This document shows, piece after piece, positions 54,096 to 63,102 of a DNA stretch of 64,000 nucleotides (position 1 is the stretch's first letter; the number at the start of each line of letters is the position of its first letter). The stretch is from the NCBI GenBank assembly GCA_947627565.1, contig CANQWO010000005.1, forward strand, positions 4,220 through 68,219, in the 5' to 3' direction. The stretch is from an uncultured Clostridia bacterium. Its GTDB lineage: Bacteria > Bacillota > Clostridia > Christensenellales > Borkfalkiaceae. The position numbers and the translations under genes are program-made. The notes beneath the pieces were generated by a model that did not search any database, was not told where the DNA came from, and worked only from the letters and a program-made list of their open reading frames with translations.

Positions 54096-56093
54096 TTAAG
54101 GTTCGACCGTGACTTCGACGAGGCCCTCGGCGATGCCGGATCTCGTGAATCCGTCGTCCGTCGCCAACTCATAGACCGTCGGCGCGTCGATAAATTTGAG
54201 CCAGGTGAGGTGCGTTTCGTCGAGCGAGGCGACGTTCGGGGCGGGCTTTGCGAGCGGCACGACGGTCCCCTCCCGCACGAAGAAGATAATTTCGTTGAGT
54301 GCGACCTCGATGTAATACTCCCCTTTCTCCAAGACGCGTTCGGTGTAGCGGTCCCCCGCTCTCATACGGATCATCTTCATGCGCGCAGGCAGATAGACGT
54401 ATCTCCCCGCTGCGTTCTGTTCGCAGACGGGCGCGATCATGATGCTGTTTCCTACAAACAACTGATCCTCCACCGTCTTGGCGCGTTTATCGTCGGGATA
54501 TTCGAAGCAGAGCGGCTTAAAAAGCATCTCGCCCCGAAGCGCGGCCTTCACAAATTCGCTGTACAAATACGGCAAGAGCGCATACCGCATGCCGAGAATG
54601 TTTTTGAACGCCCGTTTCTCTTTGAAGAGATAGGGCTCCTGTTCGCGCGAGCCGTTGGTTGCATGATTGCGCATGAGCGGCGTGAATACGCCGAATGCGA
54701 GCCAGCGGAGCAAGAGGTCCTCCGTCGTGTTGTAGCAGTGCCCGCCGAGATCGGCGCCCGCGTAGAGGAATCCGCACATGTCCATACCGGGCATCTGCGC
54801 GATATTGTGGCGCAGATGGGTCCACCACGAGGAATTGTCGCCCGTCCAGATGCCGCCGTAGCGGTGCGCGCCGATATAGGAAGCGCGCGAGAAGAGCAGA
54901 TAGCGCCTGTCGGGGCAATATTGTTCGAAATATTCCGCTGCGCCGCGCGTCATGTTGTAGCCATAGAGGTTATGCACCTCGGCGTGCGAAATGCGCTTGC
55001 CGTCCACGTTGTGATGCAGAGCAGCGTAATCCTCCGGGCTGTTTTGAAGGGAATTGATGGCGTAGGAGACCTTATTGAAGGCGTGCGTATCGAGATTGCG
55101 GTCTTCGATGGAGGCGATGTAATCGAGCGCCTCCGCGAGACGGCCCGTGCTGTAGAAGATGGCGGGCTCGTTCATGTCGTTCCAGAAGCCCTCGATGCCC
55201 TGATCGAGCAGCGCCTTATACTGCGAACCGAACCAATTCCGCGCTTCGGGATTGAGCACGTCGGGGAGCAAGCTCTCGCCCGGCCAGACGGCCACGACGT
55301 AGGGTTTCCCCTCGCTGTCCGTGCAAAAATAGCCGTTTGCAAGGCCCTCTTCGCAGACGGAATACCCCTCCTGCACTTTGACGGCGGCGTCGATAATGGG
55401 AACGAGATAGACGCCCTCGGCCTTTAAGTCTGCGGCGAGCTTCGAAAGATCGGGGAACCGCTCGGGGTGAACGGTGAAATCCTTGTAATCGAGCATGTAA
55501 TCAATGTCCATATAGATCATGTCGATCGGGAAGTCGTTCTTGCGGAAGCCCTCGAAGACGGTGCGGATATCCGCTTCGTTCTTGTAGCCCCAGCGCGATT
55601 GGCCGTAGCCGAACGCCCACTTGGGCGGGATATAGCTCTGCCCGATCAGCATCCGAAATTCATGCACGATGGCGAGAATGCTCTCGGCCTCGATGATGTA
55701 GACGTCGACGTTTTTCGCCGTGACGGCGAGCTCGTCGGGATCGGTGTAGCCGATATCGAAGGTCACCTTATCGGCGCTGTCGAAGAAGACGCCGAATGTT
55801 TTTCGGCCGTTCACGACGATAAAGTTGTGTGCGCCGTAAAGAGAGACGCGCGCCTCGTTGATGTTGGGATCGTCGGCGTTGTAGTTCTCGTAGATCCAGC
55901 CGCGCTTATTGATGCCGCGGACCTGCTCGCCCAACCCGAAAACTGCGTCTTCCTTCCCGAGCGGATAGCGGAAAACCGCAGCGCCGTCTTTCTCGCTCTG
56001 CGTGAAGTATGCGTCGGGCGCGGGCGTCACGGGATATTCCTGAACAGTGGCCTCAGTGGGAAAAGGGCTTCCGTAGCGATATTTCTTGATCAT
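54096..56093 (-). CDS. GH31 alpha-glucosidase/alpha-xylosidase family enzyme
   Basis: Motifs KWAFGYGQSRWGY, GFWNDMNEP and GIWTGDNSSWW. RBS GGAGG plus 6 nt. Confidence 0.85.
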   Translation of the reverse strand: MIKKYRYGSPFPTEATVQEYPVTPAPDAYFTQSEKDGAAVFRYPLGKEDAVFGLGEQVRGINKRGWIYENYNADDPNINEARVSLYGAHNFIVVNGRKTFGVFFDSADKVTFDIGYTDPDELAVTAKNVDVYIIEAESILAIVHEFRMLIGQSYIPPKWAFGYGQSRWGYKNEADIRTVFEGFRKNDFPIDMIYMDIDYMLDYKDFTVHPERFPDLSKLAADLKAEGVYLVPIIDAAVKVQEGYSVCEEGLANGYFCTDSEGKPYVVAVWPGESLLPDVLNPEARNWFGSQYKALLDQGIEGFWNDMNEPAIFYSTGRLAEALDYIASIEDRNLDTHAFNKVSYAINSLQNSPEDYAALHHNVDGKRISHAEVHNLYGYNMTRGAAEYFEQYCPDRRYLLFSRASYIGAHRYGGIWTGDNSSWWTHLRHNIAQMPGMDMCGFLYAGADLGGHCYNTTEDLLLRWLAFGVFTPLMRNHATNGSREQEPYLFKEKRAFKNILGMRYALLPYLYSEFVKAALRGEMLFKPLCFEYPDDKRAKTVEDQLFVGNSIMIAPVCEQNAAGRYVYLPARMKMIRMRAGDRYTERVLEKGEYYIEVALNEIIFFVREGTVVPLAKPAPNVASLDETHLTWLKFIDAPTVYELATDDGFTRSGIAEGLVEVTVEP

Positions 56094-56108
56094 GGTGATC
56101 CTCCCCTT

Positions 56109-57950
56109 TTATTCGTTGACGTTGACGGAGGTCATTCTTCTCCACCGCCATTCGCATTGATCCAGATCGACTTGATAGGTTTCCCCGCCCGCCATGTGGT
56201 CGAGGAGATGTTCTTCGAGCTCGGGAATGCTGTCTGCCGTTCCGTCGAGATAGGCGGTCACTTTCTCGATGGCGACATAGATGCGCTGTTTCAACGCGCC
56301 GACGCGGATATCCTGCACGTCGAATCCGTTGGAACGGTTTTCGAGATGCCACTGCGCCGAGAGCGCGCGGTAGAAGCATTCTACAAGCCGCGGCAGCTCT
56401 TTCAGATCGCCGAGGAGTTCGCCGAGCCGCTTCCTGTCCCCCGCCTGATAGGCCTTCCGGAGTTTGATCCCCAATTCCGCCTTGACGGAGAGCACGCGGG
56501 CGAGACGGAACTGCGTCTCGAAGAGATAGGAAAACGCCTGCGCGCGATCCCGGACGGAGGCAAGTTTGCGCGCGTGTTTCACATAGAGCGCGCCGACGCC
56601 CTCGGGGATCGTCGTATCCAACGTCCCCAAGAGAATGTCGTTAAAGAGCAGATATTTATTCGCCGTGTTTCTGCCCTCGATGCCGTCGTTGGGCGTGAGG
56701 CGGTTGCAGAGATCGACGGACATGAAATCGTCCAAAGATAGGCCGGTCAGCGTCTCGAACCCGTCCTCCGTCCCCTCGGGCAGGCCGTAGGTGATGGAAG
56801 CGCACTCGAAGAGCGTCGGCAAAATGGAAAATTGCGAGCTCTCTCCGCCGTTGTCGCCCCATCCCGTGACGATAAACCGGGGGATCCCCGCGTCGATACA
56901 GGCCTCGGCCGCCGCACGGCAGGCGCGGAAAGAGTTGCGATTGTCGGGCGTATACCCATGCCACTTGCATGCGCCGCCCGCAAACCCGATGCGGTTGCCG
57001 ATGCTCGCATGCCGCCGAAGATTTTCCGCATAGTGCGCCTTATTCGTTTCGCCATAGTCCCAATAGATCAATTCGACGTCCTTGGGAATGCGCGCGGCGA
57101 TTTCCGCGGGAAGTTCATTCTTGTATTGTTGCGTGGCAAACGTCTGCGTAAAGAACATATCCGACCACATCATCGGCGTGGAATAGCCGTACTTTTTGCA
57201 GATTTCGAGCACGCGGACAAGGTGCTCCGTCATGATGTCGAACCGAGGGCGCAGGCCGTGCTTATCCAAATAGCGCCCGCGGCCGAGCATGTAGGCCTCG
57301 TCCATGCCGATGTTGATGTCCCGTGAGGAGAACGTTTTGGCGCAGGTCGCAATGATCGCCTCGATAAACCGATACGTCTCCTCCTCGCCCGTAAACAGAA
57401 TATCTCCCGTGTCGAAGAGCGATTCCATGGCGTAGTGCCGGGTGAGCGTGTTGAAGTGCGCCAGCGTTTGGATATAGGGCACAAGGGCGATGCCGAAGCG
57501 TGCGCAATAGGCGTCGAGCCGCTTTAAGTCCTGTACGGAATAGGGCGTCCGAAGATAGCCGAAATACGGATACCCCTCCAATTCGAACGTGTCCTCCATA
57601 TACAGTCCGAGGGAGGTATATCCCATTACGGCGAGATAGCGGACGAGAGCCTCGACCGTCTCCGGCTTCGCGACGGCGTTGCGCGAGCAATCCATCATAT
57701 AGGTCAGATCCTCGAAGTGCGGCGCAAACGTCGCGTCCGTGCCGCCGTCCGCCAAATGTTTCAGCGCGCGGAAAATCTGAACGCGATGCGTATACTCGAT
57801 CAAGATGCGCGCACCGCATGTGATTTTGAACGTCTTCCCCTCTTTCACGGCGACCGGGCGGCCGCCTTCGCAGATCTCGATGCCGAAATCACGCAACTCT
57901 TTCGCTGCGGAGACGATCTCCTTCGCGCCTGTCAATTGAAATTTCATCAT
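56109..57950 (-). CDS. GH20-family beta-N-acetylhexosaminidase-like enzyme
   Basis: The start is reset to ATGATG at 57950 (AAGAGG plus 6 nt; MMKFQLTG). It has an N-terminal GH20 zincin-like fold pattern, MDCSRNAV, and NIGMDEAYMLG in place of the H.GGDE catalytic block. Confidence 0.65.
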   Translation of the reverse strand: MMKFQLTGAKEIVSAAKELRDFGIEICEGGRPVAVKEGKTFKITCGARILIEYTHRVQIFRALKHLADGGTDATFAPHFEDLTYMMDCSRNAVAKPETVEALVRYLAVMGYTSLGLYMEDTFELEGYPYFGYLRTPYSVQDLKRLDAYCARFGIALVPYIQTLAHFNTLTRHYAMESLFDTGDILFTGEEETYRFIEAIIATCAKTFSSRDINIGMDEAYMLGRGRYLDKHGLRPRFDIMTEHLVRVLEICKKYGYSTPMMWSDMFFTQTFATQQYKNELPAEIAARIPKDVELIYWDYGETNKAHYAENLRRHASIGNRIGFAGGACKWHGYTPDNRNSFRACRAAAEACIDAGIPRFIVTGWGDNGGESSQFSILPTLFECASITYGLPEGTEDGFETLTGLSLDDFMSVDLCNRLTPNDGIEGRNTANKYLLFNDILLGTLDTTIPEGVGALYVKHARKLASVRDRAQAFSYLFETQFRLARVLSVKAELGIKLRKAYQAGDRKRLGELLGDLKELPRLVECFYRALSAQWHLENRSNGFDVQDIRVGALKQRIYVAIEKVTAYLDGTADSIPELEEHLLDHMAGGETYQVDLDQCEWRWRRMTSVNVNE

Positions 57951-58005
57951 AGAATACCTCTTTGCATGAAGAGATACCCTCTCCCGAGGGCATCTCCTTG
58001 ATTTT

Positions 58006-59100
58006 TTATTGGATGACGCGGCGGATCGCCCGCTCGTAGGAATCCGCAAGCGCGACCATGCCGACATCGTTCGGATGGATGCCATCCGTTGTGAACTCCG
58101 TGTAGTTCCCCTTGAAGATCTTCGAGCCGTCTTCAAAGCGGATGCGAAAGCCCCTCTTTCGGTACTTTTTGGCGAGATTCCTCAAAAAGGCGCGATAATA
58201 ATCCGCCATTTTTACCCGGTACTCGTCGAAAAGGTCGAGCGAAAACAAGATGCGCGAATACAGGATCACAGGCGCGGACGGATTTCTCTCGAAGAAGGCG
58301 TCGAGGAAGGGCTCGGCGTTGTCGCGCAGGCGTTCGTCGCATCCCGCGTTGGGCTCGACGTCGACGAGGAGCAGATCGAGTTTGCGGTCTCCGATGATCT
58401 CCCCCATCTCTTTCTCCATCATGGCGCATCCGGAGAATCCGAAATTCAACACTTCGCAGTCCAATCTGCGCGACAGGATATTGGTCGTCGCCATGCCGGG
58501 CCGCGAAGCGCTGCACCCGTGAACGATGCTCGTGCCGTAGACGCCGATGCGCATCTCGTTCCCGAACGGCACGGGCCGCACCGCGGCGTCGCGGTCGAGG
58601 CCGATCTTCATCTCGTCCACGGCCATATAGAGGGGCAGATTGAAGATATATTTGCGCATCTTCCGGGGCAGCTTTTCCATGCGATTCATGGAAAGCTCAT
58701 ACTCGTCGGCATCGAATTGATAGCGCGCCACTTCGATCATGCCGTATCCCCCGATCCGCTCGTCATAGACATAGAGATCCATGCCGCACTGTCCGATCTG
58801 GGTCATATTGGTCATGTCGAACTTACTGCGCAGTTTGACGTGAATGAAGATCTGCCGGGAATCCGTCTCGAACTTGATCTGGATCCCCGCGGAGTGCTGG
58901 CCGAGCCAACCCTCGCCGTCGTTGACGGGCCAAATCAATTGCTGCTCCGCCTTCGTCAGCCGCTGAATGCCCGCTTCCCCGCGCGGGACATCGGTATTGT
59001 AGATCCCGAATCTCTCGTCTTTCGCGTCCCGCCATACGACATCGTGCGGCGTTCTGTCTTCCATCGCGAGATTTTTATCGAAATCAAAGACGCTCTTCAT
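58006..59100 (-). CDS. SGNH/GDSL-family hydrolase (carbohydrate esterase-like) with an N-terminal beta-sandwich
   Basis: Block I is GVYGTSIVHG and block V is DGIHPND. RBS GGAGG plus 6 nt. Confidence 0.7.
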   Translation of the reverse strand: MKSVFDFDKNLAMEDRTPHDVVWRDAKDERFGIYNTDVPRGEAGIQRLTKAEQQLIWPVNDGEGWLGQHSAGIQIKFETDSRQIFIHVKLRSKFDMTNMTQIGQCGMDLYVYDERIGGYGMIEVARYQFDADEYELSMNRMEKLPRKMRKYIFNLPLYMAVDEMKIGLDRDAAVRPVPFGNEMRIGVYGTSIVHGCSASRPGMATTNILSRRLDCEVLNFGFSGCAMMEKEMGEIIGDRKLDLLLVDVEPNAGCDERLRDNAEPFLDAFFERNPSAPVILYSRILFSLDLFDEYRVKMADYYRAFLRNLAKKYRKRGFRIRFEDGSKIFKGNYTEFTTDGIHPNDVGMVALADSYERAIRRVIQ

Positions 59101-59112
59101 CGAAGGCCTCCG

Positions 59113-60693
59113 TTATTTCTTTTTCTTGGAAGTGATGAGGAACCCGTTCATGACGACGCGGGTCTTTGCAACGTCTGTACTGCCGGTGTCGCTCGAGCGG
59201 ACAAGCACGCGCGGCGTCGTCTCCCCCTCTCCGCGGACAGTGAGCTGCGTCGAACCGCCTCCGTCGAAGTTGGCGGCCTGCTTGCAGCCGTAATAGTAGA
59301 CGAACTCCGCAAGTTCGGGAAGATTCATCCCGTGCGTATCGTCGTCGACGCGGACGTCTTTCGTCTTATCCTTGCCGTACCAGAGCGATTCGACGGCGAA
59401 GAGGACGACGGTGCCGTCGGGCTTGATGCCGACCGCCGTGCGCGGGATGTCGCGGTCTTGGGCGCCGTTGGAGTTTTCAAGGGTGACGGTGGCGGCCACG
59501 GCGTCGTCGATGACGAGCGCCTGACGGCAGCCGAGGATGGTATCGAAGCCGTTCCATGCGCCGTCGGGAGAGGTCACGGTGAAGGAGATCTCGTCGCCAA
59601 CCTTGAGGGAATTCAAATAGGCGGCGAGCTCGTTCGTCGAGGAGTTGGTGATGAGCCAGCCGTAGCCCTCACCGCCGCCGCAGAAGAGCGAGGCGCTCCC
59701 CTTCGCGACTTCGAGCACCTTCAAAATGTTGCCCTGCGTGTTATCTACCTTGACGGCGACGCCGCGGCGGACGTTGACCGCCGTCTTCTTGGTCTGATAG
59801 GTGATATAGCCTTTATCCAAACCGGCGTTTTCGCGGACTTCATACGTCTTTCCGTCGTGGACGAGGCTATAGGAGAGCTTGGCCTTGACGAATTGCTCCT
59901 TGACGGCGGGATCCGTCGGATCGCCCTTCACCGAGATGATGGGCGCGATCTGCGCGGTGCTCCCCTTCACGCCGAAGAGCATGGGCGCGGAAGCGGGCAC
60001 GTCGGCAATCGGATTGCCCTTTTCGTCGAGTAGGGAATAGTCGTAATTTCCGTTGTCATTGTGGCCGTCTTTGATGATCACGCCGTCCTTCACAAAGGCA
60101 TTGACGCACATTCCGCCGAAGAAATCGGCGTTGATGGAGGCGTAGACCTGTCCGCCCGTCGCCTGTTCCCATGCCTGCGCCATCGCATACGGCGTCGTTT
60201 TATCAAACTTGAAATCCGTCGTGGCGTTGTCCTTGGTCCCGGCGACGATATCGGCCTGCTTGAGATCGATCTCGATCGCATACACCACGGAAACCTTGTC
60301 GTCCTCCGACAGCTTCATCGTGTTTTTCACGAGATGCACGCCCTCGGCGAGTTTGGTGACCTCGTTGGTCACATCCTTGAATTTGGCGGGCTCGTAGCCG
60401 CTGCGGTATGAGACCGTATACGGGATCTCGGCCTGATACTTGCAAACGGTGCAGACATATTTGTCGTTCAGCGTATGCGGCCCCTTACCCGACACTTCCG
60501 AGTGTCCGCAGGTCGCCTTATGCCAATGTTCCGTATCGTTCCACGACCACTCCGCGGCATAGGCATGTTGATGCGGCGGCTCCTGCGGCGGCCCTTCCGG
60601 CGTTTCGCCGTGCGCACAGGCGCCGAGCAAGGTCGTGAACATCATAGCAACGCCCAGCGCGCCCGCAAGAAATTTGATCGATCCCTTCTTCAT
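59113..60693 (-). CDS. Phosphodiester glycosidase family lipoprotein (NAGPA / uncovering-enzyme-like domain, DUF2233)
   Basis: Start ATG 60693 (AAGGAG plus 6 nt). Lipobox LLGAC. Motifs SINADFFGG, PRTAVGIKPDGTVVLFAV and NFDGGGSTQL. A His/Cys-rich N-terminal mini-module precedes the domain. Confidence 0.7.
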   Translation of the reverse strand: MKKGSIKFLAGALGVAMMFTTLLGACAHGETPEGPPQEPPHQHAYAAEWSWNDTEHWHKATCGHSEVSGKGPHTLNDKYVCTVCKYQAEIPYTVSYRSGYEPAKFKDVTNEVTKLAEGVHLVKNTMKLSEDDKVSVVYAIEIDLKQADIVAGTKDNATTDFKFDKTTPYAMAQAWEQATGGQVYASINADFFGGMCVNAFVKDGVIIKDGHNDNGNYDYSLLDEKGNPIADVPASAPMLFGVKGSTAQIAPIISVKGDPTDPAVKEQFVKAKLSYSLVHDGKTYEVRENAGLDKGYITYQTKKTAVNVRRGVAVKVDNTQGNILKVLEVAKGSASLFCGGGEGYGWLITNSSTNELAAYLNSLKVGDEISFTVTSPDGAWNGFDTILGCRQALVIDDAVAATVTLENSNGAQDRDIPRTAVGIKPDGTVVLFAVESLWYGKDKTKDVRVDDDTHGMNLPELAEFVYYYGCKQAANFDGGGSTQLTVRGEGETTPRVLVRSSDTGSTDVAKTRVVMNGFLITSKKKK

Positions 60694-60742
60694 AAAAATC
60701 TCCTTATCATATTCGTTTTCCATCGCTATTCTATCATTACGA

Positions 60743-60771
60743 ATTGTAATACAGAATCATTTTTTTGTCAA
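60743..60771 (-). promoter_or_regulatory. Promoter of the NAGPA-SGNH-GH20-GH31 operon
   Basis: On the minus strand: TTGACA (60766-60771), 17 nt, TACAAT (60743-60748), with AAAAAATTTTTTCAAA upstream. Confidence 0.55.
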
Positions 60772-60883
60772 CGGGTTTGAAAAAATTTTTTATTTATTTT
60801 TGGATATATTTACGTATACTAAATATATTATACAAAAGTTCTATTTTTTGAAAATTTATTGCACTTTCATTTCCAAAGTTTAG

Positions 60884-60915
60884 GAAAAGGAGCGGGCCCA
60901 CACAAGGACCCGCCC
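60884..60915 (-). terminator. Terminator of the 648-aa unknown gene
   Basis: On the minus strand: GGGCGGGTCC-TTGTGT-GGGCCCGCTCC followed by TTTTCC. Confidence 0.55.
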
Positions 60916-60922
60916 TTTCCTT

Positions 60923-60931
60923 GGGGGGGGG
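60923..60931. repeat. Homopolymeric G9 (C9 on the coding strand) tract between stop codon and terminator
   Basis: Read directly: tt + gggggggg + g + aatg. Confidence 0.95.
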
Positions 60932-60946
60932 AATGATAAAGAATGA

Positions 60947-62893
60947 TCACTTCAAATCCACGCTGTGGCGGACATAGCCCGTGGAGTTGGCCATCAGGTT
61001 GTATTCGACCACAAACTGCACCTTGCTGTGCGCGGGGATCTCGACCTTATAGGCAAACGGCTTGGAGAATCCGTCGCCATGTTGGTCGCTCTGCGTGCGC
61101 ACCATGGAGTAGGTCCAGGAATCCGGGACGCGTTTGCCATCCATATCCCGAACGAGCACGACCGTCGCACCGGTGCAGACGAGATTGATCGTCACTTCGC
61201 GCGCATTGTCGCCCTGGTTGACAAAGGTGAAGAGGTCCTGATAGTCCTTCATCCAGTTGCCGATGTTCGGGAACAGGCCGCGCGTATCGTAGTAATTGCA
61301 CCCGACGACGATGTCCTCGCCGTTCTTATTGACGGTATGGAAGGCGGTCATATCCGTTCCGACGGCTTCGGGCGTGCCTGTCGGCCTGCCCTGTACGTCG
61401 ATGTGCGTGACCCATTCGTTCCGCGTCTGCGTATGTTCGACCGTCCCGGGGATCTCCGTGTTGGGTGTCCCGCTCGCGGGCGCGTTGTCGCTGTAATAGT
61501 TCTTATAAGTGACGGGGAGCTTTTGCGCGGGCGTTGCGTCGTTGAAGACCCACGTCGCGCTGTTGTCGACGACATAGCCGACGTCGTCGCCCGTGTGCAC
61601 CACGCCGTATTTTTCCGGATCCGTGATGCCCATGTGCGTATCGTATCCCTCGCCGCCGGGCATGACCTTGGAGATGTCGTTATAGACGTAATACGCCCCT
61701 TCCGCCTTTCCGACGACGTCGAAGAGTACGGCGCCGTTGGCACAGGTGCTGTTCGTGGAGAGGTTGTTGGCCGTATCGTCCACATTGAATCCGCCGAATG
61801 CGTCGGCCGTCGTGCCGCCCATGACATACATGTATTTCCCCGCGGGGATGCGATATGTCGTCGGCTGGAAGTCGTGCATGATATATTGGCCGAAGAAATC
61901 ATAGTAGGCCTTATACAAAGCTTCCTGGCGCTCCGTCATATCCGAGAAATCGGGCAGTTCGAAGTGGGTATTATAAAAATTGATCCACTCCAATTCACCG
62001 AGGTAGGCGCCCTGTCCGTCGAGCTGCCAACCGATATTGCGCACCGTGATGTAGAGGTCGTCCGTTCCCGTGTTGGTGACGCGGTAGCCGTAGAAGACGC
62101 CGTTGCTCTGGAAATCCCACGGATCCCCGAGATCGACGAGGCCGTCCGTCTGCTGTTCGAAGGTAAAATAGACGCTTTGATCGGAGACGTCCTGCCGCGT
62201 GATGCAGGTATTGACGACCTGAGGGCCGGATTTGATGTCCTCGGGAGCATTGCAGTAGACATAGAGCGTGTCTGCCCGCTTGACATATTTGATCTCGGCC
62301 GGTTGTAAGGGATCTACGTTGGGGTTCTCCGAGGTCAGCGGGATATCCGAGGTATCGGGCGCTTCGGCGATCTCGAACGGAAGCGGCGACTCCGTCTCGG
62401 TCCCTCTGACGTTGAGGCGGACGGAGGTCTTGACGGGCACGAGCTTGGCATAGACGATCTGCCCTTTCGTCAAGCTCAAATTGAAGTTTTCCGTCGTATT
62501 GGCGAGCTCATTCCCCGTCTCGTCATACAATTCAACCTTGGCCATCGCCTTGCTCGAGAACGTGAATTTATAGGTATCGTTCGCGGGAACGACAAACTTC
62601 ATCTTGCAATAACCGTTCTCCTCCACCGCATAGAGCGACGAGAGCCGCACTTCCGGCAACGTTTCGTAATCCGAAAGTCGGAACGGTTCATCGGTGCCGG
62701 TCGGATCTCCGGGGCCGGTCGGGTCCCCCGGTTTGTTCGGATCCTCCGGCGTGACAGTGACTTTGTCTCCGCACTCATCGCAGATGCCGTCGTGATCCGC
62801 ATCCACATGCGGCGAATGTCCGCCCCCGCCGCACGCACAGCAAGCCATGAGCGCAAACATTGCAGCACAGGTCAGCGCGATTTTTTGTTTCAA
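60947..62893 (-). CDS. Uncharacterised secreted lipoprotein (648 aa), paralogue A of an unrecognised family
   Basis: The start is reset to TTG 62893 (AAGGAGG plus 8 nt). The track's start at 62953 lies in the -35 box. Lipobox ALMACCAC is followed by HSPHVDADHDGICDECGD and a Pro/Gly/Asp linker, a beta-sandwich-like domain, and a C-terminal domain of about 450 aa with no motif I can assign. Confidence 0.75.
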   Translation of the reverse strand: MKQKIALTCAAMFALMACCACGGGGHSPHVDADHDGICDECGDKVTVTPEDPNKPGDPTGPGDPTGTDEPFRLSDYETLPEVRLSSLYAVEENGYCKMKFVVPANDTYKFTFSSKAMAKVELYDETGNELANTTENFNLSLTKGQIVYAKLVPVKTSVRLNVRGTETESPLPFEIAEAPDTSDIPLTSENPNVDPLQPAEIKYVKRADTLYVYCNAPEDIKSGPQVVNTCITRQDVSDQSVYFTFEQQTDGLVDLGDPWDFQSNGVFYGYRVTNTGTDDLYITVRNIGWQLDGQGAYLGELEWINFYNTHFELPDFSDMTERQEALYKAYYDFFGQYIMHDFQPTTYRIPAGKYMYVMGGTTADAFGGFNVDDTANNLSTNSTCANGAVLFDVVGKAEGAYYVYNDISKVMPGGEGYDTHMGITDPEKYGVVHTGDDVGYVVDNSATWVFNDATPAQKLPVTYKNYYSDNAPASGTPNTEIPGTVEHTQTRNEWVTHIDVQGRPTGTPEAVGTDMTAFHTVNKNGEDIVVGCNYYDTRGLFPNIGNWMKDYQDLFTFVNQGDNAREVTINLVCTGATVVLVRDMDGKRVPDSWTYSMVRTQSDQHGDGFSKPFAYKVEIPAHSKVQFVVEYNLMANSTGYVRHSVDLK

Positions 62894-62924
62894 AACAACT
62901 TCCTCCTTATCGGTAACTGCGTCT

Positions 62925-62953
62925 ATTATAATCCCCAAATGAAAATTTGTCAA
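62925..62953 (-). promoter_or_regulatory. Consensus promoter of paralogue A
   Basis: On the minus strand: TTGACA (62948-62953), 17 nt, TATAAT (62925-62930). The box AAAAAAATTTTTTTCATAA lies upstream at 62958-62976. Confidence 0.65.
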
Positions 62954-63053
62954 TGGTTTATGAAAAAAATTTTTTTATATCATGACAAAAAATCCAAATT
63001 TTTTTGAAAAATTCCCCAAAAATCGAACAATATTAAAAAATTTTTCTCTATAT

Positions 63054-63088
63054 GAAAACGGCGGAGCTTTCTTTTGAAAGCTCCGCCG
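63054..63088 (-). terminator. Terminator of paralogue B
   Basis: On the minus strand: CGGCGGAGCTTTC-AAAA-GAAAGCTCCGCCG followed by TTTTCAT. Confidence 0.75.
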
Positions 63089-63102
63089 CATATGAAATCC
63101 GA

